Positions 1 to 8,417 of a DNA stretch of 64,000 nt are shown here, one piece after another. Source of the DNA: an uncultured Planctomycetales bacterium (GTDB lineage Bacteria; Omnitrophota; Gorgyraeia; Gygaellales; Profunditerraquicolaceae); NCBI GenBank assembly GCA_964545575.1, contig CAZJFL010000008.1, forward strand, positions 18,171 through 82,170, given 5' to 3'. The first letter of the stretch is position 1, and every line of letters starts with the position of its first letter. A program made the position numbers and the translations under genes. Under the pieces are notes generated by a model, which was not told where the DNA came from, did not search any database, and was given only the letters and a program-made list of their open reading frames with translations.

Positions 1-2
1 AG

Positions 3-419
3 ATGAAGATTAAATATTTTTTGTTAGCGAGTATTCTGATTCTGTCTGGCTGTGCTTCAGCTGCTCGTCACAGCGACCTTACTCAGGATAATAGCACAGA
101 TAAGCTCACGGTAGGAAAGGTCCAGCGTGAAATTAAAGTCGGCATGGCTGCTTCACAGGTTATTGAGATATTAGGCTCGCCCAATATTGTCACCACTGAT
201 GAAGAAAGAAGAGAAGTGTGGGTTTATGATAAAATAGCTACTAATGTTTCATATTCTACCAGTGAAAGTGGGGCAGGAGTAGGATTAATAATATTTGGCG
301 TTGGTGGCTCCGGTAGTTCTGGAGCTAGATCTACTTCACAAAAAACATTGACTATAGTTATTAAGTTCGACACAGATAAAAAAGTTCGTGATTTTGCGTA
401 TCATTCCTCTAGTTTTTAA
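3..419 (+). CDS. Small lipoprotein, BamE/SmpA-OmlA-like
   Basis: Lipoprotein signal peptide with lipobox LSGC. Motif KVQREIKVGMAASQVIEILGSPN...VWVY resembles the BamE/SmpA_OmlA fold signature. Gly/Ser-rich tail. Confidence 0.4.
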   Translation: MKIKYFLLASILILSGCASAARHSDLTQDNSTDKLTVGKVQREIKVGMAASQVIEILGSPNIVTTDEERREVWVYDKIATNVSYSTSESGAGVGLIIFGVGGSGSSGARSTSQKTLTIVIKFDTDKKVRDFAYHSSSF

Positions 420-990
420 AGGCTTTACTATGAGAAAAAAGTTTCTGTTTTTAAAGTTATTTGTTGTTATATTTGTATGTTTAGGAGTAATTGGTTGTTC
501 CAGTATTCCAAAAGGTTTTCTAAAGCCTGATGAGAATTATTTAGAAGCTAGACAATTGCAGATGAGGCAATACGATACGACTAACGAAGTGCAAATTGTC
601 ACTGCTGTGGCTGGGCTTTTACAGGATTTAGGCTTTACCTTGGATAATAGTGAAACAGATGTGGGTTTTGTGGCTGCATCTAGAAAAGCAGATGCAACAA
701 ACGCAGGACAAGTCGCGGGCGCTATTTTAGTCGATACCTTAGGAATTTTATTCGGCGGATATCAGAATGCTTACGGAAAAGTTGATTCTGTTCAGTACGT
801 GAAGGCCTCAGTAATTGTTAAGCCTAATCTTGAAGGAAACAAAATAGTGGTTCGGGTTACTTTTCAGAGAATAATTTGGAATATAAGTGGTCAAATTAAC
901 AGGGTAGAATCTGTTAAAGACCCAAAGATTTATCAGAAATTTTTTGATGATTTATCTAAAGCAATATTTTTGGAGGCTCAGAAAATATGA
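388..990 (+). CDS. Hypothetical lipoprotein (paralog 1 of a tandem pair)
   Basis: Signal peptide and lipobox VIGCSS. Shares the ...R.YDTT....V..A...LQDLGF..D... core and the DPKIYQKFFDDLSKAIFLEAQ C-terminus with the next ORF. Confidence 0.5.
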   Translation: MILRIIPLVFKGFTMRKKFLFLKLFVVIFVCLGVIGCSSIPKGFLKPDENYLEARQLQMRQYDTTNEVQIVTAVAGLLQDLGFTLDNSETDVGFVAASRKADATNAGQVAGAILVDTLGILFGGYQNAYGKVDSVQYVKASVIVKPNLEGNKIVVRVTFQRIIWNISGQINRVESVKDPKIYQKFFDDLSKAIFLEAQKI

Positions 991-1421
991 GTATACTAAA
1001 GAGATTAAGCAGTGTTTTTATTGCTATTCTTTTAATCGTTTCAATTTCCGGGTGCGCAACTACAGCTAGCAAAGCTTTTGAATCCAGCGAAAGCCAGGTT
1101 AAATTAAGAAGTATCCAAACGAGAGCTTTTGATACAACCGATAAGAAGAAAATGATGCAAACCGTAATAAGCACGATGCAAGATTTAGATTTCGTGATCG
1201 ATAAAGCTGACCTAACGCTCGGTTCTGTCACGGGTACTAAGTTCATCGGATATGCAACTATTGTGATGACCGTGACTGTTAGGCCTAGGGGCGAGAAGCA
1301 ATTATTAGTAAGGGCAAATGCCCAGTATGGAATTCAGTCCGTAGAAGACCCCGCAACTTATCAAGATTTCTTTACTTCTTTGGAAAAATCTTTATTCTTG
1401 ACAGCGCAGCAGGTTGATTAA
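987..1421 (+). CDS. Hypothetical lipoprotein (paralog 2 of a tandem pair)
   Basis: Lipobox ISGCAT. Paralogous to 388..990 (RAFDTTDKKKMMQTVISTMQDLDF...DPATYQDFFTSLEKSLFLTAQ). Start overlaps the upstream stop (ATGA). Confidence 0.5.
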   Translation: MSILKRLSSVFIAILLIVSISGCATTASKAFESSESQVKLRSIQTRAFDTTDKKKMMQTVISTMQDLDFVIDKADLTLGSVTGTKFIGYATIVMTVTVRPRGEKQLLVRANAQYGIQSVEDPATYQDFFTSLEKSLFLTAQQVD

Positions 1422-1442
1422 AAACAAATTTTTATTATAGAT

Positions 1443-1478
1443 AATCCCAAGTTTCAAAAAGGCTTGGGATTTTTATTT
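1443..1478 (+). terminator. Rho-independent terminator
   Basis: Stem AATCCCAAG/CTTGGGATT with an 11-nt loop, followed by a T-run, directly after the lipoprotein pair. Confidence 0.5.
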
Positions 1479-1492
1479 AGTGAGGTTATAAT

Positions 1493-1855
1493 ATGGCTGT
1501 GAGAAGGGAGGTAGGGATGAGTTCAACTACGGAAAAGGTATTCGGTTATATCCTGGTTTGTATCGGGCTGGTCTGTATATTATTTGCTTTCTATTCCGCA
1601 TATAATGTCTTTACCAACGCAGCCAATCCGCCGGAAGTGTTTCAGATGCGCAGTTTAGATATTGCGGTATCGCCTCCGGGAGCAGATAGCCAGCCTACGC
1701 AAATGACGATCAGCTTAGATGCGGAATTAAGAAAGACGGTGAATGTATTTTTATATTATTTGTTTATGCTGTTTATTGTAGTGGTGGGAAGTAATATCGG
1801 CAGTCTGGGGGTAAAATTTATCAAAGAGATAACGGTCAAAACGCCAAACCAATAA
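1493..1855 (+). CDS. Hypothetical small membrane protein
   Basis: Two predicted TM helices (ILVCIGLVCILFAFY; FLYYLFMLFIVVVG). No recognisable domain. Confidence 0.35.
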   Translation: MAVRREVGMSSTTEKVFGYILVCIGLVCILFAFYSAYNVFTNAANPPEVFQMRSLDIAVSPPGADSQPTQMTISLDAELRKTVNVFLYYLFMLFIVVVGSNIGSLGVKFIKEITVKTPNQ

Positions 1856-1890
1856 TCGTTGCTCGGGGATTAACCTTCCCCATTTCCCAG

Positions 1891-1932
1891 GCGCTTTCCG
1901 ATCTAATCGAGAAAGCGCGCCGCTAAGCAGTT
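1891..1932 (+). promoter_or_regulatory. Conserved hairpin motif copy 1 (GCGCTTTCC-gaTCTAAtcga-GAAAGCGC)
   Basis: Inverted repeat CTTTCC/GAAAG with a conserved TCTAA centre, lying about 20 nt upstream of the flavoprotein start. Two further near-identical copies are at 2612 and 3879. Confidence 0.5.
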
Positions 1933-1951
1933 AGGTTAAAAAGGGAGCTTA

Positions 1952-2611
1952 ATGATGAAAGTTTTACTTATATCGGTAAGCCCGCATAGGGAAAAGAGCA
2001 GTACATTTTTGTTAGCCGATGAAGTTCTGCGCGGGGTAAAAGATGAGGGCGCAGTTTGTGAGGTTTTGCACCTGGATAATTATAAGGTATTTTTCTGTAA
2101 GCACTGTGAGGCCTGTCATAGGAATATTCTGAAATGTTCATTGAAAGATGATGTTAATATGATTCTTCAGAAGATGCTTAATGCCGATGGCATAGTTTTA
2201 GCTTCACCTAACTACATAAATCAGGTGACTGCGTTGATGAAGGCGCTATTTGATCGCTCGGCTCACTTCATCCATTGTAAGCGTCTTTTGGATAAATATG
2301 TAGCAGGAGTGGTGACTTCCGGTAGCGGCCAGAATAAAGAAGTCTTGGACTATATCGCTTTCTACGGTCAGGTTTGCGGAGCGCAATATTCGGGAGGCGT
2401 TTCTGCTCTCCGGGAGTTTGGCGAGGAGAAGAAAGCCGAGGCTTTCAAATTAGGTAAAAAACTTGTGTCCGACATCAAAGATAAAAAACAGTACCCGCAG
2501 CAGATACAAACCATAGAGCAGGGAAAACAGCACTTAGCCCGAATCATTAAGCTGAGGAAGGATGATTGGCAAGAGGAATACAAATACTGGGCTGCAAAAG
2601 GTTGGCTATAG
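1952..2611 (+). CDS. Iron-sulfur flavoprotein / NADPH-dependent FMN reductase family
   Basis: Flavodoxin-like N-terminus MKVLLISVSPHREKSST. Compact Cys cluster CKHCEACHRNILKC (C-x2-C-x2-C-x5-C) typical of Isf-type flavoproteins. Confidence 0.6.
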   Translation: MMKVLLISVSPHREKSSTFLLADEVLRGVKDEGAVCEVLHLDNYKVFFCKHCEACHRNILKCSLKDDVNMILQKMLNADGIVLASPNYINQVTALMKALFDRSAHFIHCKRLLDKYVAGVVTSGSGQNKEVLDYIAFYGQVCGAQYSGGVSALREFGEEKKAEAFKLGKKLVSDIKDKKQYPQQIQTIEQGKQHLARIIKLRKDDWQEEYKYWAAKGWL

Positions 2612-2652
2612 GCGCTTTCCAATCTAATCGGGAAAGTGTGCCACTAAACAGT
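2612..2652 (+). promoter_or_regulatory. Conserved hairpin motif copy 2
   Basis: GCGCTTTCC-aaTCTAAtcg-GGAAAGTGTGCC, about 85% identical to copy 1. Lies between the flavoprotein stop and the ATG at 2662. Confidence 0.5.
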
Positions 2653-2661
2653 TCAAAATCT

Positions 2662-3189
2662 ATGCTTCACCTTAATCCCAATTCCCTCAAAATCGGCTAT
2701 GTAATTTTAGTGGCGACGAGGAAACCGGCGATAAGGACGCTGCAGAGAAAGGCAGGATACGGGGAGAGTGCAAAGTGGACGCATGTGGCAGGGTGCCTGG
2801 GAGGAGTGACGGCGATAGAGGCGAATGTGCCGCGTTCGCACCTGATAGATCTAGAGAAAGAATATGTAAGCCGGGGTTTTGAGATCAAGGTGATGAAGCG
2901 TAAGGCTCAGAAAGCAGAGGAAAGATATAAGGTCGCGCTCTGGTGGGCGACGATGAATAATCTGCCTTATGACGTGCTGCAATTTTTCTGGTTTCCTTTG
3001 TCGATTTTAAGTGGTAAAATCGGTATAGTTTTGCATAATATATTCAGCAGCAGAAAAAGATTTCTCTGCTCTGAGCTGATTGCTACCGGATTCTATAAAG
3101 AAGGGGATTATTGTTTCGAGAAGCCGGCGGAAAATGTTTTGCCGGCGGATTTTAATAATCCGGGATTATTTGAAGAGGTAGATAAATAG
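2662..3189 (+). CDS. Permuted papain-like (YiiX/DUF830-like, NlpC/P60 superfamily) protein
   Basis: Matches the YiiX family in WTHVAGCLG (cf. YSHTGM) and FLCSELIATGFYKEG (cf. QYCSEVVWKVY). The ORF track starts at 2566, but the ATG at 2662 lies just after motif copy 2. Confidence 0.45.
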   Translation: MLHLNPNSLKIGYVILVATRKPAIRTLQRKAGYGESAKWTHVAGCLGGVTAIEANVPRSHLIDLEKEYVSRGFEIKVMKRKAQKAEERYKVALWWATMNNLPYDVLQFFWFPLSILSGKIGIVLHNIFSSRKRFLCSELIATGFYKEGDYCFEKPAENVLPADFNNPGLFEEVDK

Positions 3190-3198
3190 GAGGAAGAG

Positions 3199-3540
3199 AT
3201 GAAAAAGATAATTGTATTACTGGTGCTGCTTCTGGCAGTGGCAGTGACAAGCGCCTATGCGCATACGCCGTCAGATATGAAGATTAGCTTTGACCCGGGG
3301 ACCAAGGTGTTAAAGCTGGTGATCATGCATGACACCCCTGATCCGGTTCTGCACTACATCAAGAGAGTGAACGTGGAATTAAACGGTAAAGAGGTCATTA
3401 ACGAAGAGTTCTCCCGCCAGGAGAATAATAAGAGTCAGACAGTCAGCTATACGATCCCCAATGCCAAGCCAGGCGATATTATTACGGTATATGTGCGTTG
3501 CAGCATCTTCGGAAGGTTGAAAAGAACGATTAAGATATAG
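3199..3540 (+). CDS. Hypothetical secreted protein
   Basis: Signal peptide MKKIIVLLVLLLAVAVTSAYA. RBS AGGAGG upstream. No recognisable domain. Confidence 0.4.
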   Translation: MKKIIVLLVLLLAVAVTSAYAHTPSDMKISFDPGTKVLKLVIMHDTPDPVLHYIKRVNVELNGKEVINEEFSRQENNKSQTVSYTIPNAKPGDIITVYVRCSIFGRLKRTIKI

Positions 3541-3557
3541 AGAAAGGAGGCAGTAAA

Positions 3558-3836
3558 ATGGCTAAGTTTTTCATGTACGGAAAGTATTCAGCGGAGGCGA
3601 TCAAGGGGATCTCGGCTGAGAGGACGAAGAAGGCAGTTGATCTGATCGCCAAGGCCGGCGGCAAGGTGAATTCTATGTACGCGCTGCTGGGAAAGTATGA
3701 CATCGTCTTGATCGCGGACTTCCCCACAGTGGCAGAGGTGATGAAGGCCTCGATAGAATTAAATAAGCTGACGAATATTTCCTTTACCAGCTTTCCTGCG
3801 ATCAGCATAGAGGAATTCGACAAGGTCACGGCGTAA
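3558..3836 (+). CDS. GYD domain protein
   Basis: N-terminus MAKFFMYGKYSAEAIKGIS and a length of about 90 aa match the GYD family. RBS AAGGAGG upstream. Confidence 0.6.
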   Translation: MAKFFMYGKYSAEAIKGISAERTKKAVDLIAKAGGKVNSMYALLGKYDIVLIADFPTVAEVMKASIELNKLTNISFTSFPAISIEEFDKVTA

Positions 3837-3878
3837 GCTTCTCTCAAGAGGGGGCTTTAAAAAAACAAGTAATCCAGA

Positions 3879-3917
3879 AGCTTTCTGCTCTAAATAGGAA
3901 AGTGTCTGGTTTAGCTT
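3879..3917 (+). promoter_or_regulatory. Conserved hairpin motif copy 3
   Basis: AGCTTTCT-gcTCTAAata-GGAAAGTGTCTGG. Same CTTTCY/GGAAAG stem and TCTAA centre as copies 1 and 2, about 50 nt upstream of the cupin gene. Confidence 0.45.
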
Positions 3918-3963
3918 AAGGGAATCACTGCAGCTAAATATTGCCGGGAAAGGAGCTAGCGAC

Positions 3964-4233
3964 ATGGAAATAAAAGTGCAAAAAGTTGGGGAAGATGAGC
4001 TGAAGAAGATGGGGGTCTTGGCATGGCCTATCTGGACAAAAGAAGTCTCGCGCTTTGACTGGCATTATGACTCGGTGGAGGAATGCTATCTTCTGGAAGG
4101 CGAAGTTATGGTAGAATCTAAGGATGGCAAAAGGGTGAACTTTGGCAAGGGGGATTTTGTGACTTTCCCCAAGGGCCTTTCCTGCGTCTGGGATATTAAA
4201 AAGCCCGTGCGCAAGCACTACAATTTCCGCTAA
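3964..4233 (+). CDS. Cupin domain protein (cupin_3/EutQ-like small barrel)
   Basis: ECYLLEGEVMVESKDGKRVNFGKGDFVTFPKG is a typical cupin beta-barrel motif. 89 aa. Confidence 0.6.
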   Translation: MEIKVQKVGEDELKKMGVLAWPIWTKEVSRFDWHYDSVEECYLLEGEVMVESKDGKRVNFGKGDFVTFPKGLSCVWDIKKPVRKHYNFR

Positions 4234-4246
4234 GGGGCTTTAGAGC

Positions 4247-4663
4247 ATGAAATCGCATAGCCAATACTTATGGTTTAATACCAAAAACCGGCAGGAGTTT
4301 ATCAATATCACGCTGCAGGTGGAAGAGGCACTGAAGAAAAGCGGGATCAGGGAAGGGCTTTGCCTGGTGAATGCGATGCATATCACCAGTTCCGTTTTTA
4401 TTAACGATGATGAAGCGGGGTTGCATAGCGATTTTAGCGACTGGTTAGAAAAGCTTGCCCCCTACGGCAAAGATAAATACCAGCATAACTTAAGTGGTGA
4501 GGACAACGGGGATGCGCACTTAAAAAGGACGGTCATGGGCAGGGAAGTGGTGGTAGCGGTTAGCGCAGGCAAACTCGATTTTGGGCCATGGGAGCAGATA
4601 TTTTACGGAGAGTTTGACGGAAGGCGTAAAAAGCGGGTCTTAATCAAAATTATCGGAGAGTAA
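4247..4663 (+). CDS. YjbQ/UPF0047 family protein (secondary thiamine-phosphate synthase-like)
   Basis: [24 protein letters not shown] and [26 protein letters not shown] align with E. coli YjbQ motifs. Confidence 0.7.
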   Translation: MKSHSQYLWFNTKNRQEFINITLQVEEALKKSGIREGLCLVNAMHITSSVFINDDEAGLHSDFSDWLEKLAPYGKDKYQHNLSGEDNGDAHLKRTVMGREVVVAVSAGKLDFGPWEQIFYGEFDGRRKKRVLIKIIGE

Positions 4664-4715
4664 GGACAAGGAGTATCCCGGTGAATCAAAATATTAAAGG
4701 AGGCAGAAGATAGAG

Positions 4716-5618
4716 ATGACGCATGCTTTAGAACACGGAGAAAAAGCGCAGATGACCGCCGTCCATAGCGCTATCGTAGCTTCGATGGTTATATTTTTGA
4801 TTATTTTAATCTGCGGTATCATGGCCGATTCTATAACCCTCCTGCTGGATGCTTCGGCGGAGTTTATTATTTTGCTTACTGCCTTTATCATGCGGGTGGG
4901 CATAAAAAAGATAAATCTGCCTCCAGATAATCTTTTTAATTTCGGGTATGATAAATATGAGCCTTTTATTGTGGTAATCCAGGGAGCGATGATAATGTTA
5001 TCCTGTGTTATTGCCTTAACCTTTGCCATCCAGGATATTATTCACGCAGACGATATAGTCCGATACGATATCCCGGTATTAGCTTCTTTGCTTTCCGGGA
5101 TAATCGCTGTGCTGGTCGCATTTTATCTGAAGAGAGTCGCCGTTAAGACTCGCTCGAGGGTATTAGGGGTTTCCAGCCTCCATTGGTTTATTGATAGCGC
5201 GCTGTCTTTTGCGATGTTCCTAGGTTTTTCCTTTGGCTGGTATATGTATAAACTGGGCTATTTCCGTATCACGCCTTACGTTGACCCCGTGATGGCGGTG
5301 ATCTTGGCGCTGGTCTTTGTCTGGACGCCGCTTAAGGCAATGAAAAATAGTTTTCGGGAGTTGCTCGACGCTACCCCAGAAAAAGACGTCCGCGACAAGA
5401 TAGAAAAAGTAATCGAAAGTCATAAGAGTAAGGTTTTCGGTATTCGTAGTATTCGTATGAGGAAGGCCGGGGAAAAGGTGTTTCTTTATATTTCTTTTAT
5501 TATTTACGGCTACACCACGATGACGCAGGCGCAGGAATTAACAAAGAGTTTCGAAAAGGACATTGCCGCGCTATTCCCCAAATATGATACCATCGTATAT
5601 TTTTATCCGGCGCAATAA
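4716..5618 (+). CDS. Cation diffusion facilitator (CDF) family metal efflux transporter
   Basis: Six N-terminal TM helices carrying the conserved ADS/D residues of the family, plus a C-terminal cytoplasmic cation-efflux domain (KVFGIRSIRMRKAGEKVFLYI). Confidence 0.7.
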   Translation: MTHALEHGEKAQMTAVHSAIVASMVIFLIILICGIMADSITLLLDASAEFIILLTAFIMRVGIKKINLPPDNLFNFGYDKYEPFIVVIQGAMIMLSCVIALTFAIQDIIHADDIVRYDIPVLASLLSGIIAVLVAFYLKRVAVKTRSRVLGVSSLHWFIDSALSFAMFLGFSFGWYMYKLGYFRITPYVDPVMAVILALVFVWTPLKAMKNSFRELLDATPEKDVRDKIEKVIESHKSKVFGIRSIRMRKAGEKVFLYISFIIYGYTTMTQAQELTKSFEKDIAALFPKYDTIVYFYPAQ

Positions 5619-5703
5619 AGTCAGGAATCAACAGAATCCGGGAGAGTTTCTTTAGATGCCAGGTTAGGCATTTTGGCACTTTCAGAGAAAGGGAGAGAAG
5701 GAA

Positions 5704-6204
5704 ATGGAACCTTTAGAAATACTTAAGATAAGAAGAAGTATCAGGGAATACTCGGATGAGAGAATAGCAAAAGATTTTTTAGAGAAAATAGTAGAGGCAG
5801 CCAGGTTTGCCCCCACTGCCAGAAATGTCCAACCTTGGGAGTTTATTGTCATCACCGAGACACCCACCTTAAAAAAATTCGCTGAATTAGCCGAGAACGG
5901 AAGATTCCTGGCCCAGGCCAAGGCCTGTATTGCGGTATTTTGCGCGGAGACAAAATATTACTTGGAAGACGGATGCGCGGCTACTTGTAATATCCTGCTT
6001 GCCGCGGCTGCCTTGGGTGTTGGTTCCTGCTGGGTTGCCGGGGATAAGAAACCTTATTGCGCCGAAGTTGCTAAAATTTTAAATGTGCCTATCGCCTATA
6101 AATTGGTGAGCTTGGTTGCTTTAGGTTACCCTAAATCCAAAGATAGTTTTCATCCTGCAGAAAAAAGAGGCTTAAAAGAAGTGATCCACTGGGAGAAATT
6201 TTGA
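5704..6204 (+). CDS. Nitroreductase family protein
   Basis: RRSIREY...APTARNVQPWEFIVI is the nitroreductase FMN-binding signature. Confidence 0.7.
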   Translation: MEPLEILKIRRSIREYSDERIAKDFLEKIVEAARFAPTARNVQPWEFIVITETPTLKKFAELAENGRFLAQAKACIAVFCAETKYYLEDGCAATCNILLAAAALGVGSCWVAGDKKPYCAEVAKILNVPIAYKLVSLVALGYPKSKDSFHPAEKRGLKEVIHWEKF

Positions 6205-6458
6205 ACGGCAAGAAAGGGTTCGTTTCATTATTGGGGCTGGTGATAACTTTGGGGATAATTTTATTTATGGCTTATGTTTTATTGAATAGTTATCTTAAGA
6301 TACCGTCAGCCGGGCGGGGAATTGATAATAGCGATATTATGCCGCAAACCGCTACACCAGGCATTCCTTACCGCTCTATTGTGGACAGCACTAAAAGCAC
6401 CTTAGAGAGTATTGAGAAAGAGCATCAAAAGCAGCTGGATGCCGCGGTAGGGCATTAG
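6201..6458 (+). CDS. Hypothetical small membrane protein
   Basis: Single TM helix GFVSLLGLVITLGIILFMAYVLL. Start overlaps the upstream stop. Confidence 0.3.
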   Translation: MNGKKGFVSLLGLVITLGIILFMAYVLLNSYLKIPSAGRGIDNSDIMPQTATPGIPYRSIVDSTKSTLESIEKEHQKQLDAAVGH

Positions 6459-6478
6459 AGCAGGAAAAGGGGCAAAAA

Positions 6479-6916
6479 ATGAATATTAAACGGATAATAG
6501 CTAAGGAAGGGCTGATTATTTTAGGATTGTCTATTGTATTATATCTTTTTATCTTTCTTTTTCTAAGAAATATGCCTGTTGCATTGCCAAAATACAGGTT
6601 GGAATTTGCTAACGGAGAAATACGCACCATTATTATAAATCCGGAGATCCGCAATGATTCTAATTATAACAAACTTTTAGAAGAAGCATATAATCCGCCG
6701 CCAAAACTCATTGAGAAACGCATTAAAGAATTTATAAGGGCGGGTAATATTAAATCTGCCTTAAAAAGCTCAAGCTGTATAAATTCTTACCAGGTTTATA
6801 TATCTAAATTATATAGCTACCTTCTCGGCGTAACATTTATTTTAAAATTAGCCATTATCTATCTTATTTTGCTATTCGCCCGCTTCGCCGTCTGGGCCCT
6901 GAGAACATTGAAATGA
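6479..6916 (+). CDS. Hypothetical membrane protein
   Basis: N- and C-terminal TM helices. No recognisable domain. Confidence 0.3.
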   Translation: MNIKRIIAKEGLIILGLSIVLYLFIFLFLRNMPVALPKYRLEFANGEIRTIIINPEIRNDSNYNKLLEEAYNPPPKLIEKRIKEFIRAGNIKSALKSSSCINSYQVYISKLYSYLLGVTFILKLAIIYLILLFARFAVWALRTLK

Positions 6917-7010
6917 AAATTTGGCCGCTTACTAAGATAAAAAGAGTTACAAAGAATTTTTTAAAAGACTCCGTAAATTACGGAAAGTCGTCTATCGGGA
7001 TTTTGTCGGT
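6917..7010 (+). repeat. About 90-bp direct repeat, copy A (contains palindrome CCGTAA-A-TTACGG)
   Basis: AAATTTGGCCGCTTACTAAGATAAAAAGAGTTACAAAGAATTTTTTAAAAGACTCCGTAAATTACGGAAAGTCGTCTATC... is about 85% identical to 7893..7985. Confidence 0.6.
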
Positions 7011-7090
7011 GATTTGCGCTAAAATATGCCTAAATCCCTTGTCGTTTTGAAATAGGAGCGGTATAATTAAAAAACAGAAGGGAGACGGTT

Positions 7091-7453
7091 ATGGTTAAAA
7101 TTTTAGTTGTAGATGACGAAAAGGACATAGTTGAATTTTTCGGCCGTATTCTACGCAGAGAGGGATTTGAAGTTTTCACTGCTAGTAGCGGAGAAGATTG
7201 TTTGAGGATGGCTGAAACAGGGCGCCCGGATTTGATACTGCTTGATATAAATATGCCCGGAATGGACGGAGGGGTTATCAGGTGTAATTTAGAAAAGAAC
7301 GAAAAAACAAGGAATATCCCCATAATATTCTTAAGCGCTTTGGTTACCAAGGAAGAAGAGGGAAACATCCAGGGGCATTTATTTATTTCTAAATCAACCG
7401 GCAAAGAAGAAATTATTAAAAAAATAAAAGATGTTTTAAACCTAAAGAGCTAA
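7091..7453 (+). CDS. Stand-alone CheY-like response regulator receiver domain
   Basis: KILVVDDEKDIVEFF...DLILLDINMPGMDG...IIFLSA carries the receiver-domain Asp pocket and the phospho-acceptor D. No output domain. Confidence 0.75.
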   Translation: MVKILVVDDEKDIVEFFGRILRREGFEVFTASSGEDCLRMAETGRPDLILLDINMPGMDGGVIRCNLEKNEKTRNIPIIFLSALVTKEEEGNIQGHLFISKSTGKEEIIKKIKDVLNLKS

Positions 7454-7487
7454 TAGTTAAACCGCCCAACTTACCCTTATCGGTTTA

Positions 7488-7856
7488 TTGCTTGGGCAGT
7501 TTTTTAAAAGCCGAGTGAAGAAGCAAATCAGTAACCCCGTCTCCTCAAATAAAGGAGCAGTTTCAATAAAGAGAAATGGATTTTGTGGGCGCAAGATGGA
7601 AAAAATTATTATTGCCTTACTGTTGATCTCGGTAATTAGCACACCCTGTTATGCAGTGAATATTGTTGATGTGCTATTATGCAAAAGAGTCGTTCTCTGT
7701 GCTAACCATATGGCTGTCTTAGTAAATCGCATAACCAGTGAAGTCAAATATCTATTGTTAAATAATGGGCAATGGGTGTTTCTTAGGGGAGCACAGAAAG
7801 CCCAATGCCAAATGATGTATGAGGCTCAAATCGCTTTAAAGCTGGTGTGTCATTAG
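7488..7856 (+). CDS. Hypothetical protein (likely secreted; true start possibly the internal MEKIII)
   Basis: Internal signal-peptide-like MEKIIIALLLISVISTPCYA. No recognisable domain. Confidence 0.25.
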   Translation: MLGQFFKSRVKKQISNPVSSNKGAVSIKRNGFCGRKMEKIIIALLLISVISTPCYAVNIVDVLLCKRVVLCANHMAVLVNRITSEVKYLLLNNGQWVFLRGAQKAQCQMMYEAQIALKLVCH

Positions 7857-7892
7857 ATCGTAGTAAGTAATCCCTATCCCCAGTTAATAAAT

Positions 7893-7985
7893 AAAAATTT
7901 GGCCGCTGGCTAAGATAAGAAAAGCGATAAAGAATTTTTTAAAAGACCCCGTAAATTACGGAAGGTCATCTATCAAGATGCTGAT
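7893..7985 (+). repeat. About 90-bp direct repeat, copy B
   Basis: Near-identical to 6917..7010, including CCGTAAATTACGG. Lies immediately upstream of the ORF at 7978. Confidence 0.6.
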
Positions 7986-8301
7986 TTCGTTAATTCAGGA
8001 TAAGGCCCTTGGCATCAAAGCCTGCGCTTACTATTTCCCGCAAGACACCTTAACTTTCGTTGATGCCGCCAGGATCAACCTCAGGAAAGCAAAATCAAAT
8101 CATACGCCCGTTGAGATCGTCGATAGCGATGCCGCTGTGTTTGAGGCTAAAGAGGGGACGGTGTTTTTTATGTTTAATCCTTTCGGAAAAATGACCCTGG
8201 AGAAAGTGATCAAGAATATCCGGCAAAGCCTGCTCACAAACCCGCGAAAGACCCACATAGCATATTATTGCCCGGTATATAAAGATTTATTGGATGCGTA
8301 G
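7978..8301 (+). CDS. Hypothetical protein; possible remnant of an N-methyltransferase (FNPFG motif)
   Basis: VFFMFNPFGKM resembles the (D/N)PP(F/Y)G motif IV of RsmD/RlmL-type methyltransferases. No motif I (GxGxG) is present, and the N-terminus abuts repeat copy B. Confidence 0.25.
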   Translation: MLISLIQDKALGIKACAYYFPQDTLTFVDAARINLRKAKSNHTPVEIVDSDAAVFEAKEGTVFFMFNPFGKMTLEKVIKNIRQSLLTNPRKTHIAYYCPVYKDLLDA

Positions 8302-8417
8302 GATTGGTTAGTTTCCAAGGGGGAAATCGAGGAAAGCGGAATTTTCCTCTGGCAGAGCAAAGGAAAAATTTAATATAGCTTAGGTTGCTATAGAAGTGTC
8401 CGTAAAGAAGAGCTTTT

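Noticed and set aside
2566-2661. Upstream in-frame start (2566) for the papain-like gene, and likewise 33693, 33747, 40708, 55902 and 61874 for their genes
   Set aside because: Downstream ATGs are preceded by strong RBSs or match family N-termini. The upstream extensions would overlap neighbouring genes or regulatory hairpins.
1891-3917. Integron-like cassette array (small unrelated co-oriented genes separated by imperfect palindromes resembling attC)
   Set aside because: The repeats are only about 40 nt. They lack the R''/L''-L'/R' architecture and the GTTRRRY core. No intI or attI is present. They sit upstream of gene starts rather than downstream of cassette ORFs. They are better explained as operator/hairpin motifs.
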